From positions 1,196,584 to 1,260,583 of the forward strand of contig MU058451.1 in the NCBI GenBank assembly GCA_013265495.1: 64,000 bases of DNA. The letters run 5' to 3'. This document shows positions 12,453 to 24,320 of the stretch, one piece after another. This stretch comes from Vicugna vicugna. Its lineage: Eukaryota. The notes beneath the pieces were generated by a model. That model did no database searches. It saw nothing but the letters and a program-made list of their open reading frames with translations, and had not been told where the DNA came from. Positions within the stretch are counted from its first letter, which is position 1. Each line of letters starts with the position of its first letter. Both the position numbers and the translations under genes were made by a program.

Positions 12453-13967
12453 AGAAAATAAAAAAATAGAGTTAATATAGGAGCAGGCACTGTTTCTGTG
12501 CCTGGTGATTTAGAGACACTGTTCCCTCTAATATTTTGGGTGGTTCCCTCCCTGGCCTTGGGTCATTCTCTTCATATGCATGTGTTGATCAGTATCCAAC
12601 TAAATACCTGAGACAAACGTTTTACAGCTTTCCACAGTCCGCCCCCTGTGCAGTTCTCTTCTCTTCAGCGCTCTGCCTCACAGACCCTAGCAAATGTGCT
12701 TTCCTTGGCTCCCAGATCCACCTCCACAACTCAGAGATACCACCAGCTTCCCTTGGGACCCTCCTGCTTCCCCGCAGCCTGCAAAGGCTTGCTGACCTGC
12801 TCTGGGCAGTAAGCAGAGGCAACTGCAAGGCTTGGCTCTTTGATCTCTGGCCTCTCAGGGACCACGGTCCTCAGTTCCCTTATGCCCGATGTCCTTAGAG
12901 ATACCTTTTCATATATCGTGTCTAGTGTTTCAGTTGAGTCAGGTGAGGGTAAATCTAGTCCCCCGTTTTGTTTGGAATTAGAACTCTAACATCAGATTTT
13001 GAAGAGTCAAGGTACATATTATAATTTCTAGGATAAGAACTAATAAAATATCTCCCCTCAAATATAATTCCCAAACCAATAAAGAAGTAAATGAAAAAAA
13101 ATCTAATCTAAAATAAGGATGGAGTGAAAAGTAATAGCGAACAAGCAAAACAAATAGAACAGCATAGTAAAATGATAGATTTAAGCCAAAATAAAATAGT
13201 AGTTACATTCAAAGTTAAATATACTAAATTATACCATCAAAGGCACACACAAAAAAATACTGGATTAAAGAAAATAACTAACCATGTCTTGTTTTCATAT
13301 ATACAACAAGAACAAATTCTGAAAATAAATGAATTAAACATTTACCTCAGGTAGTTAGAAAAAGAACTACAGCTCAACCCAAAAAGAATAAGGAAATAAT
13401 AAAATAAGACCAGACATTAATGAAACAGCTATAATGGAAAAAATTCCAAAAGATCCATGACAACTGAAGAAGTTAATTCTGTAATTTTGAAACTTCAACA
13501 ATAACCAAAACAAATAAAACAAAACAATCCTTTGGGACTAGATGGATCACTGGCAAACTCTCCGAAACATTTATGGGAGAATTAGCACACAGACTTTTCC
13601 AGAGAACTGAAAGAGAGGGAACACTTCCTACCTCATTTTTATGAGGCCAGCCTACCCTTACTATTCAACTCTGGCGAAGCTTCTATGAGAAAGGAATAAT
13701 TGAGGCTGCTCTTACTCATGAAGATAGATGCTAAAAATTCTAAACAAAATATGTGCAAGTAGAATCCAGCAATACATATATTGGACAATAGATTATGACC
13801 AAACTGGATTGATTCCAGGAATACAATGTTGGTTCTACATTTATAAAATTCATCAGTGAGGTCTGTCTCATTCTTTTCATAGAATAAAGGGGGGAAAATT
13901 ATACGGTTATTTCAGTAGATGCAGAAGAAAACTAAGATTCACATTTATTTATGATAAATACCCCTAG

Positions 13968-15455
13968 GTCAGACGACACATGGGATACTCTGCTGGTTCC
14001 TTGGGGCCCTAGTCTAATGGGGGCATGGACAAACTGTAGAGAGCCAGAAAAGATGGTGAAGACCATAAAGCATGGTGAGTGAGCAATGATGAAAACAGCT
14101 AAGGAGAAGAGAAGTTTAACAAGTGGCCAGCATTTTCTGGGAAGGAGGTCTCGACTTTGAGTGTTTGGGGAAAATATAACTAGTACTAGAGAAGGGTAGT
14201 TAAAGATAGATGCACTTAGGAACTCCACAAAGAAGAACATTTTAACAAATAAAACTCTGAAAATAAGAACCATCTGCTAAGTTCTCTGATGCTGCTAGTG
14301 TTTATGAAGAAGCTGGATGAGCCTTCAGCAGGATTATTCAGAAAGGGTTGGGAGGAATTAGCAACACGCAAGAAGGTTTCTAACCCAAAGATTCTATCAT
14401 TCAATAACCATAGATGAGAACTTCAGGCTTTTGACAAAAAGGCCATTGCAAATTTACTCCATGCTGCCTGTTAGTTACAAACACAACAGCCACATCAGAG
14501 AAGCTCTAAGTGTTCATTGCTTTGTAGCTCCTTTTGGAGTTTTGTTAGAAAGCCCTGCTAAAATTTACTCTCCAAGGGGATATTTTGCTTATATCGTCAT
14601 TGATAAACTCTGAAGTCATTTCACAAGACTCTAGCTCAGTCACCATAATGTTGCCCATGGTACTTGCAGCTTCATCTCTTAGCTTCTGCTTTGGGAATCA
14701 GGACACTTAATGAATAGAAAGCTTGAGGAAGCTGAACTGGTTTCTCAACATCCCTGAATTTGCTCATGACTTCTTGAACTCTTCTCATCCTTTATAGTGA
14801 GTTCACATATCACATTTCCTCTTTTGAGATTGGCTTTATTTCCAAATTGCCTTGCATATTCCTCCCCAACTTAATAGTTTTTAAATTAAATGACAGCAAA
14901 AAAAAATAGCATTTAAGTAAAATTTCTCATCTAAATTTGAGAATTTTTATCTCCTTAATGTACATGTCTAAGTTATTTGCCTAAATATCTACTGTCTCTT
15001 ATTTGAGCTGTATCCTTTTGAAATTGTACATTTCTTTGGCTGTATGGGTTTATCAATGCATCTTATTGCTACTAAATTTTTCTGGCATGTAGGTTCCATC
15101 AGAATACCCAGGTGGTTTTAATGTTTTGATAGAGAATTAGGGAATTCCTTTATTTTTCCCTACTCACCAATGGTTCTTTTCAAGCAAAGGCTTTGATGGT
15201 TCAGTAGGGAGAAAGGGTGAATCACAAAGTAAAGCCTATAAACCAGCTTTAGTCAAAGACCTTTGTGGCTTTGTGTCCAGTGTCTGAAAACCACTCCTGA
15301 TATTATGTTTTATCTCCTCAGAAACATCTAAGCACTGAGATAATGGTTAGTGTCAAGGCTGGCCCTCTAGCATCTAAATCCTAGTATTGTATCAGAAGGA
15401 TTTATACACATGGGTATCATGTTTTCCTCATCTTTTGTGATTTATGGTTTGTTCA
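13968..15455. pseudogene. Unassigned mRNA-like segment; possible old processed pseudogene or unrecognised repeat
   Basis: Begins abruptly where L1 ORF2 homology stops. Codon-like composition with partly open frames (ORFs 14431..14613 +, 14216..14404 -, 13932..14273 -) and an A-tract at about 14898-14906. No parent gene recognised. Confidence 0.2.
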
Positions 15456-15457
15456 GA

Positions 15458-15822
15458 TTTTTAAATTTTTTTAAATTGAAGTATAATCAGTTTGCAATGT
15501 TTTGTCAATTTCTGGTGTACAGCACAGTACTTCAGTCATATAGGAACATAAATATATTCATTTTCTTATTCTTTTTCACCATAAGATACTGAATATAGTT
15601 TCCCGTGCTGTATGGTATAAACATGTTGTTTACCTATTTTATGTATATTAGTATCTGCAAATCTAGAACTCCCAATTTATCCCTTCCCACCCCCTTCCAC
15701 CCAGTAACCATAAGTTTGTTTTCTATGTCTGTGAGTCTGTTTCTGTTTTGTAAATAAGTTCGTTTGTCTCTCTCTCTCTCTTTTTCAGATTCCACATATG
15801 AGTGATATCATATGGTATTTTT
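15458..15822 (-). mobile_element. Young camelid-type L1 3' end
   Basis: 'ttttttaaattgaagtataatcagtttgcaatg..cccttcccacc..taaccataagtttgttttctatgtctgtgagtc..agattccacatatgagtgatatc'; antisense homologue of the 3'UTR at about 5540-5890. Confidence 0.88.
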
Positions 15823-17034
15823 GAAAGAAGCTTAAGAAAAGAAAATATTCACCCTCTTCTTTTAAATACATAATTTTATTTTAGCAAATAAATATTGTTT
15901 ACTTTCTTCTTTATAATTTTACTCACTACTTAATCAAACATATTTTAATAGGGCCAGAATAATTACATATTGTTAATACTGAGGTATTTTTCAAGTGCAA
16001 TGAAAGATACTTTTAAGGATTACTCCTTTTCAGATCAGTATTTGTTTTTACCTACACATATGTTTTAATAATACCACAAGTATGTGTGTAGTCTTAAGGA
16101 ATCCTTTCTGATTAGTTTTTAAACTTACCTAAAAATTTTACCTAGAAAGTGTGCTATTACAATGACTATATAAATCAGAAATGGTGTACAATATTTTAAA
16201 CAACACACTAGAAACCCATCAAATGATATCTTAAAATGTCATATGATAGATTTTTATCTGACTGAGTGCTATAAAAATTTCACAAATTGAAGCATTTGAA
16301 TGACTAGAATCAGGTATTTCAGTACTATACATACCGAATTATCTTCAAATTCATTTATTTAGAATTTCACAAATTAGATCACAAGCACCTTTATTATAAT
16401 TTGGCTAAGTAAAGTTGTGTTCTAGATAATAAATTACAAAGCACCCAGAAAAAAATGTTAGAAAATGCATGGGTGTTTTATAGTAACCCAAGATTGTGTA
16501 GAATTTGGTATAAGACTAATATGTTTTGGGTTCCTTCCAAGAGAGGCTCATTACTAGAAATTTAGAAGTGCTGGAAGGAATTTATTATGACCTGGTCCTA
16601 CAGCATAGACCCTGAAGGCACTGTCAGGGCAATAAAGAACAATTAAAAATCTAAAAGTGGTTAGCAAGCCAACACAAATCAAATTTGATCTTATAGTAAT
16701 TTTATGTTAAAGAGACCAAACCTATACTTCGGAGCTGGGTTTCCCAGAGCACAGATCAAGCTAGGCTTTTCCCTATCTTCACTGAATACATTGTGTTTTC
16801 TAAATAAATAAAAGGCAAATGAACTTTTAGCAATAGAGTAAGTTTTTAGAGAGACCAATAAAGAACATTTTCCCCATGGGATATGTAAAAAGAAAGCAAT
16901 TTTTGTGCTTTATGATTTGCAGTCAAGATTTGGAAATGACATGAGGAAATGTAAATATATCTTATTCTAATGGGCATAATAAAAATGAACTCAAAATTAT
17001 ACAACCCAAGACTCGTGAACAGTACTAGCTAAAA

Positions 17035-17220
17035 CAGTGCTAGGTGGGGCTTCTTATGTTTAAATTTTAATTAATCAAATAAAGTTAAAAATTCATTTCC
17101 TCTGTTGCATTAGCCACATTTCAAATGCTCAATAGCCAAACATGGCTAGTGGCTGTGGTACTGGACAGTGCAGATAAAAAGTATTTCCATCGCCACAGAA
17201 AATTCCACTGGACAGCGCTG
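17035..17220 (-). mobile_element. MER3-like hAT-Charlie DNA transposon
   Basis: 'tagccacatttcaaatgctcaatagcc..atggctagtggc..tactggacagtgcagata..tttccatcgccacagaaaattccactggacagcgctg'. Confidence 0.85.
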
Positions 17221-17860
17221 CTCTAGAATAGAAGAGAGGAAAGGTCTGTGCACGTTGAAGGGAAAAGAGCCCAGACTTGATGCGTGAACAGTATCCTGAA
17301 CCCAATCGGTCCTTCTTTTCCTCCCTTTTCTCTCCTTCAATTTTTATTGCACCAGAAAATCCATACATTTCAAGAAGTCATTCTCTGGCCCTTTTGAAGA
17401 AATAGTGTATTTTTTTCAGAGAGCAAGCACTGCTGCCAAAACTGATCAGGTCTTTAAAAACACAGCCCAAACTTCACTAATTGGCAAGACACTGAAAATT
17501 CATACCAGTACTGGAGTAGCAGAACTGATTGATATTAAACTTTTATAGTTGTAAGGGGAAATGATCATTAGTATAGAATATGTATGGACACCGAGACGGG
17601 TAGCTTGGTTATGGATAATGGACTGGGTCTCCCTAGCTGGGACTGCCTTAGATCCCACTGCTGTCTCCTGAAGGAGTTCCACCTGGGCCACCAGGAAGAG
17701 AGGAAGCCACACAATCCTGCAGGTTGTCCATGGAGACATCCCTCAGGCCCACAACTCAGGGGGGCAAGTGAACCAGAGAACGGGTTGGAGTTGGGGTCGG
17801 AGAGGCTCTTTAAGACAGAAAAAATGCTCCACCATGTAAATTCCAACCTTCAGAAACCAA

Positions 17861-17887
17861 TTCCAGGAAAACCACAGTGACTCAGCA
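17861..17887. promoter_or_regulatory. Candidate composite enhancer site: STAT (GAS) + RUNX + ARE/AP-1
   Basis: TTCCAGGAA 17861-17869, AACCACA 17870-17876 and GTGACTCAGCA 17877-17887 are contiguous and lie in unique sequence. Confidence 0.5.
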
Positions 17888-18519
17888 GGCAGAGTGCTTA
17901 TTTGAAGAATATCTCTAAATTGGAGACTCCCAAACTCTGCATTTGATTAAACCCACTTAAGAAGAAAACACCGTCATTTTTGTGTTGGTCTATTAGCTGC
18001 AAATGATTAAAATGATATCATTACCACTTATAAATTTTATATCTCCTTTAAAGATTACATTAAAAAAAACCCACTTAAATGATACCATGCTGCCATGAAA
18101 GGCAGTTTCTCTCTCACTGAAATAATATTCCCTTAGGGTCAGATTTACATCTCGTGCAATGCCATGGGAGAATTAGACTCCAAGAAAGCAAAAGAGAATC
18201 CTCATAGAGTTACATAGGATGAAAATTTGGCGCAGACGTTATTTTTTAGATAGAAACCGATAAACAGAATAAAAGTTACAATATACAGAAATGGGGATCC
18301 GGGGTAACAATGCCAGAAGAAAGGGGCCTTTTGTTGTTGTTTCCAGGGCTTTTTTTTATTTTTCCTCCCTTCTCTGTGCTATTTTGACCAATTCTCTCCT
18401 GGTCTCTTTTATGCTTGTGCTCTTAGGGCTTGCTAATATGAAATTACTAGGACTTTAAACAGAAAGAAAATGGTCCCTCATCCTATTTACCCTTCATAAT
18501 GATGAGCTCTGAACTGCAT

Positions 18520-18790
18520 ACTCTACGTGCCTCAAACTGTGACCTCAAAGTCCAGACTCCAGGCTGAAATCATTCCATGGGACGTGGAACTACAGGGCAG
18601 CAACGACAGAGATGCCCCTTCTGCTCTCTTCACGAGACATCCCCCTGTGGCGGGGCATCTCCGTGTTTAGAAGACTCATGTGGACTTACGCTTCTTAGAA
18701 TTGCAAATGTGAAACTCGTGTACGTCGCACGTGTAGAAGTGGTGCGGTTCATTTCTTGTTCTTATAAATCACTTTCCTGCTTATGTATTT
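18520..18790. promoter_or_regulatory. Candidate enhancer or promoter, CpG-retaining, with HRE/E-box/STAT/RUNX/TATA-like motifs
   Basis: TACGTGC 18524-18530, GACGTG 18581-18586, TTCTTAGAA 18692-18700, CACGTG 18728-18733, TGCGGTT 18743-18749, TATAAAT 18763-18769; 11 CpGs between 18580 and 18750. Confidence 0.45.
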
Positions 18791-19354
18791 TGTGCTTTAC
18801 CTTCTCCTTATTGCTATCCACAAAATAACCTGGTATATTTTTGTGGAAATTCCAAGACCAGATTAACTTTTATTTATTATTATTCAAATAGTCTATAACA
18901 GCTCTTTCTAATTTCAAAAACCCAGACTGTGGTGTTCTCTCTTACTCTTGTGAAATACATAATTTACTTTCAAGTTGCATATAACACTTCTATGTTACAT
19001 ATTTTGGGCTGCTTCTAAATTACTCATTGACTGGTATTATTTGGCTGAAACTCAATTTCACAACCATAAACCATCGTAAGAAGGTGGGAAGTGATTTATA
19101 CTTGCATTAGGCATAATTTCAGATATTCCTAATATGCTAATTGCTGATTTTAGAGACACTAAGCTAATGAATCCTAAGAATTTTATGTGGCACAAATCAT
19201 TGCCTTCTTTCTGTTGCTGTAGTATCTGTGTGTGGTTTCTAGGCTACGAGCTGTGGTTGGTACATTTCAAACTTCCAGGTGTTTTTTTGATAAAGAAGCC
19301 AATTCTCCTCCAGCTTGCAACCTGAAAAACCAGACCACTGTATTCAGAGAGTAT

Positions 19355-19560
19355 CCACTACGTGCTGACAACGCTTTAAGCCCTTGAATGTCATATTGTT
19401 TTCTTTCATTTTCATAACAACTCTCTTATTGTCCCCACTTTGCAGACAAAGAAACTGAGCCTTGGAGATGTTAAGTAACTTCACCTGGAGATGTTAAGTA
19501 ACCAGACCAGCTGGAAGATGGTCCAACCATAATTTGGCCCCCAGAACATCTGACTTCAGA
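19355..19560 (-). mobile_element. MIR with an internal 17-bp duplication
   Basis: 'tattgtccccactttgcagacaaagaaactgagc..gttaagtaactt'; tggagatgttaagtaac occurs at 19463-19479 and 19486-19502. Confidence 0.75.
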
Positions 19561-21229
19561 GAATTCATCACGGTGAGGAGAAAGCACATCTGCATGTTTA
19601 AACCATCACGAGGAGCAGTAAGGAAGTTTTTGTATTTAGTTGCTAATTACTGTTTAATGCTCATTGACGTCCACAATACAATAGCTTGATTATATGAAGG
19701 GGATGACGGAAGGATGCTAAACTTATTGGACACCTGCCCTGTGCTCAGCACTGTGCTCGGCACTTCATTTGTCATTTCATATGATTAGCAAGCAAGTTTT
19801 GAAATGCTGTTTGATTTCCTATTGTGCCAAAGTAAAGCCACTTCTCTTTTAATATTCCAAGTTTCTTAAACTAAATTGTGCTGAAAAATGTCTCTGAAAG
19901 GAGGGATTATTGTAAAAGCATCACTAAGATAAGAAACAAATACATGACTGAACTGAAAGATTAATTGCCTGTTTTCAACATTTGTCACAATATGGAGACA
20001 TTTGAGATATTAAGCATATAATATTATGGTAATATATAATATATTAAAAAGGTAACAAGATATTTTTTGAAAGGAGGAAGATATAAATCTATTATCTATC
20101 TATTCATCTGTCAGTCTGTTCACATATCCATTCATCCTTTCATCCATCCATTTTATTTTCATACAGGAATCTTTGTAGAGAATTACGGTTTTTGTCACCT
20201 TGTGCCATGGATGTGTAATACCTCCAAACTTCTTTTTGTGGGTAGACTTCAATCCGTGATAGTTATGGGGCTTCATTAAACTTTCTTTTCTCGGCTGGGT
20301 GGTGGCCCCAAGGGAAAGATGATGGAGAAAGTTCTCTGTTGGAACAGTACTGTTCCATTTTCCTCCCTTCAGCTTCCCAGATTCCCTCCTACCGTTGGCC
20401 CTTCCCGCTCAGGCTTCCCGTCTATTCATCCCAATGCAGTTTCTGGTCAATGCGAAAACTGCTGTCCAGCTCCAGGCAGAGTTATTATTCCATATGAGCG
20501 AGCAGCTTGGCTGAGCAGCTGGAGCAAGTGTGCACACCTGTACCTGTGCTGGGGGATGATGTGGAGAAGGCTAAGGTGGGACTTCAACCAAAGACTTGTT
20601 TGGGTGAATGAAGGGACCAAGGGGCCTCCAAGAGATGGTAGTGGCGTGTAACATGTGCACGTGACAGGAAGAGAGGAGAGAGGAGGAAATTGTTCTTTTG
20701 CCCAAAGGCAATAAGCAGGCACTCCTACCCTCTCACTGTGGGGAACTGCAGGAGGCATCTTCCATCTTTGTTAGAAAGTTGGCCAGGACAAGAGTTGGTT
20801 ATCCCCTCCAAAATGTGGTCTGAAAAGCAGGAATGCTGAAGTATCTATATTTGTATCTATAAGGCTACCATACTGTCCAGCATTCTGTTGTTGCTTTATA
20901 CGAGACTGTATGATGGATGCTGGAGTGAAGAGATGCATTTGGATGCTGCTGGGGATGCTGGATCTCAGATAAAATGTGCTAGGAGACTGACGTAAATATA
21001 TTGCAGAAGAGGATGGTATGGGTACACACCTTGAGGAAAAGCCTGAGACAGAGGTGAGTGTTGATGTGGTGTGTGAACAACCTGGAGAACCTGCCTGTCT
21101 TCACCCGAAGCCCCATTCTCCCACCCTGCTCAATTTTAGACTACAGATGACATTCTGGGGATCATGTGCATGTGGGTGGAACTATCACAGAAAGAGAGTC
21201 AAGATTTAGACGTATCCCACTATAGCTAC

Positions 21230-22050
21230 CCATTCACTATTTCTTTCATTCATTTATCTACTCATCAATCCATGAAATATTTATCGAAGACCTCCTATGT
21301 GTTCCAGTAACTGTTCTAGGGACTAGGGATAAAAGATGGATAAAACACTGTCATTGCCCTAAGAAATTTGCAGCCAAGTTGGGGAAATAATTACAACAGT
21401 CTATGGAAAGTGCCAGGACAAAGAAATGGAACTAATAAAGTGTATTTTGGGACCCACTTACCATAGCCCTGGGTAGAGAAGACTTCCTGGAGGAAGTGAT
21501 GCCTGAGTTAAGTGCTGAAGGTTGTCTGCCTTACTCAACGATGTATGTATACAAGAGGAGAGAAAAGGCTTTAGGATGGTCAGTGGTCCTGTGAGAGAGG
21601 ATGAAGGCTCCACAGGTGGGGCCAGCAGGGACCAGGTAAGGCAAGGAAGGCAGATCAGGCAAGATGTCACTGCTTTCTGGTTTGGATGACTGAGCAGATG
21701 ATGGTGCCTCAATCTGGGCAAGAGAATTTGGAAGAAATAGGTTCCGGAGGTGATGAGTTCGATTTGGGGTGTACTGAGTTTGAGGGGCTTGAGAGCAATC
21801 CAGATGATGTGCATGAGTTAGTCAGTCACAAATATCTAGAGTGGAGAGGAGTGTAGGTTGTAAACAGTTAGGATGTTTCCCTATCTAGGTGGTCACCAAA
21901 ATTATGAGTAGATCGTGCAATCCAGAGATGGTGGATGTAGTTAGAAGAAGCTTAAGCCACATTGGGAGAAGGAAAGGGAGCTCTCCAAGGAGAGAAAGAA
22001 TAGGCTGAGATGCAAAAGAAATAGAAAGAAAGTATGATGACAGGGAAGTC
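21230..22050 (-). mobile_element. L2 including its 3' end
   Basis: 'ttcattcatttat..aaatatttatcgaagacctcctatgtg', 'agaagacttcctggaggaagtgatgcctgagtt', 'tgatgagttcgatttggggtgtactgagtttgagg'. Confidence 0.75.
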
Positions 22051-22054
22051 CTCT

Positions 22055-22280
22055 CGGCACCTCCCCTTTAGATGCTTTTATTCTGTGCTCCTATAACATC
22101 ATGAGCATAACTTTCGTTATAATATCTACTGCATAGTATTGATGATATTCTTTCTCTTGCATCAGCCTTTTCCCACCAGAGTGGAGGATTCTACTGCACT
22201 GGGGCTGTGTCTTGGTAATCCTTGTATCTCCAGTGCCCAGCACAGAGGACACACTCAGCATATTGCAAGCATTCAACACG
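22055..22280 (+). mobile_element. L2 3' end
   Basis: 'ggggctgtgtcttggtaatccttgtatctccagtgcccagcacagag'. Confidence 0.65.
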
Positions 22281-22349
22281 TTAGGCATTCAACACAAATG
22301 CACTGCACACACACACACGCTGATACACACATGCTCCTCTGTCCCTTAC

Positions 22350-22790
22350 TGGAGACTATTCTGATTGTAAGTTATAAACTCAACTTAAACTTAATAGGAA
22401 CTGGCTCTTGGCATCCAAGAAAGACTTGAACATTTTAACTCTGTGAATGATAGGATAAGTCCTGGGCTTCAGGAACAACAGAAATCAGGAAACTGAAAAC
22501 ACTCAGGACTCTTCTTTATCTTTCATTTTCAGCTGCTTTCTCTCTGCAGATGGCTTTTTATTAACATAATGGGAAATGAAACCACTGATAGCTCCTATAT
22601 TTTGCATTTTATACCTTCAGTGACTGGACAGAAATTGATCTGATACTTTCACTTGATGCAAGTCCAAAAATTCATTGGTCTAGCTGGGTTGAGGTGACCA
22701 TCTTTGGACTAATTGACTGTTCCCAGGAGGTCCATTAAATTTTTACAGATGTCTTCCCTCACTGAAACCATGAAGATTCCCCCAGAATGG
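22350..22790 (-). mobile_element. MLT1-type (MaLR) LTR, degraded
   Basis: 'gactattctgattgtaagttataaactcaacttaaac', 'ggcttcaggaacaac', 'ttggtctagctgggttgaggtgaccatc'. Confidence 0.5.
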
Positions 22791-22904
22791 CCAGTCTACC
22801 AAAGATTTATAAACCTATTCAAGAGTTAAAGAACATGAGAATTTGAGCAGAATCCTGCTTTCCCAGAAATTTGGAGAATCCTGGAGATAGCCCATGGAGT
22901 AAAG

Positions 22905-23465
22905 CAGCATGGTGGAGTACTGAAAACACAGTCTTGGCCAAGGCTTAATCTTCACTGCTACCCCGTACTAGCTCCATGGACTAGGGCTGAAATTATTCTA
23001 TCTGGCTGAGTGTTTTTCCTTAGATGTAATATGTAGATAAGCATTATTGGGTTGTCGTGAGGACAAAGCGAGATAGTGTGATGATAACAGCTAGTTATTT
23101 ACTAAATGCTTACGATGGGGAAGATATTGTTGTAAATATGTCGTGGGTATCTACGAGGTGGGCATTCATTTTATTTTCACTTTTTTGGGATAAGGAAAGT
23201 GAGATCCAACTACTTAAGTGTCACAGCTAATCAGAGATGAGTTAAGATTTGATCCTGGGGTAGGTGAGGGTATAGCTCAGCAAATGCTTAGCATGCACGA
23301 GGTCCTGGGCTAAATCTACAGTACCTCCACTAAAAAAAAAAATTGATCCCAGGACTCTGGTGCTAGAGTCCACACTCTACCACTGTGTTCTACTGCCTCC
23401 CTGACTAGCTATTGCTGTAAGAGTACATGCAAAGGGCTTAGCACAGTACCTGGTCCACAGTTAGG
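22905..23465. mobile_element. Nested MIRs: a plus-strand MIR interrupted by a minus-strand MIR (about 23085-23400)
   Basis: Plus: 'gcagcatggtggagtactgaaaacac..ggttgtcgtgaggacaaagcgagata', resuming at 'catgcaaagggcttagcacagtacctgg'. Minus: 'gataaggaaagtgag..tcacagctaat..agtccacactctaccactgtgttctactgcctcc'. Confidence 0.65.
23257..23342 (+). mobile_element. tRNA-derived camelid SINE (Vic-1 type), internally deleted
   Basis: 'gagggtatagctcag..tgcttagcatgcacgaggtcctgggc..cagtacctcc' plus a poly(A) tail; TSD core ttgatcc at 23249-23255 and 23343-23349. Confidence 0.85.
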
Positions 23466-23477
23466 GGAGAAAAAATT

Positions 23478-24320
23478 CATTCATTCGGCTAACATGTGGT
23501 AGACACCATTCTAGACCCTGGAAGTAGAGCAATAAGGCAAAAATCCCTGACCTCACAAATTTTACATTCTAGTATGGGGGGAAAATGCAATAAATACGTT
23601 AATAAAAATACATGAATAACTCTAAGTAGTGATTAATATCATAAAGGCAATAAAATACTCCAGTGGTACAGAGCCTGTGTGAGTGGTATGGGGAAGGCCG
23701 TTTTAGCTCGCGGCAAAAACAGCTGAGGGAGTGATCCCTGATCTGCAAAGACCCGACGGAAGGATTTTCCAGGTGGAAGAAATAGCACTGCCAAGGCCCA
23801 GAATGGGAATGGGCGTGGGTTTGAGGAGCATGAAGAAGGCCGATCTGGTGGAGGCAGGTGGGGTTTTAGGGGTGGAAGGTAAGAGTTGTAGGTGACAATT
23901 AGCTAGATTATTAGGAACTTTAGAGCACGGTGAATAGTTTGGAATTCTTCTTGGTATGATGGGCCATTTGAGGATTTTATGAAGGGTAGTGATATCATCT
24001 GATTTAAGCTCTGAGAAGATCATTCTGACTGCTAACCAGAGAATGGAGGGCAGACAGGAAGGAAACCAATAAGATGATACAAAAGATGATGATGGCTCAG
24101 GCTAGGGCTTTGGGATGCTAAGAAGTGGTCAGATTAAGAATATGTATTGGAGGTGTTACTGACAAGATTTGCTCATTCATGGAACATGGGTATGAAGACA
24201 GAGAGGAATTAAGATTTACCATAAATAACCAGAGGAATGTTGGGATAAGGAGGCGAGGGAGAGTGCCTGGGTAGAAGAACAAGGAATTCTGTCTTAGGTG
24301 TGTTAAATATGAGCAAATAT
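23478..24320 (-). mobile_element. L2 including its 3' end
   Basis: 'ttcattcattc..', 'atccctgacctcacaaattttacattctagt', 'gccaaggcccagaatgggaatg..tttgaggagcatgaagaaggcc', 'aagatcattctgactgct'. Confidence 0.8.

Larger units (their letters stand above)
10565..12985 (-). mobile_element. Old L1M ORF1/5' region, antisense
   Basis: T-rich antisense ORF1 motifs ('ttcaccaaatttgaaaagttttcggttatt', 'tcttctgcaatgtccaatctgccattaat') and a more GC-rich 5'UTR-like part at about 12530-12980. Confidence 0.7.
7535..13965 (+). mobile_element. Old L1M (5'UTR-ORF1 about 7535-9400, continuing into ORF2 about 12987-13965), interrupted by an antisense L1 block
   Basis: ORF1 motifs 'aaaattttccaaaagtgatgaaa' and 'caacctagaattctttatccag'; ORF2 motifs 'gggactagatggatcactggcaaa', 'acacttcctacctcatttttatgaggccagc', 'tttcagtagatgcagaagaa'. 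A small L1 3'-tip insert lies at about 8040-8185. Confidence 0.75.
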
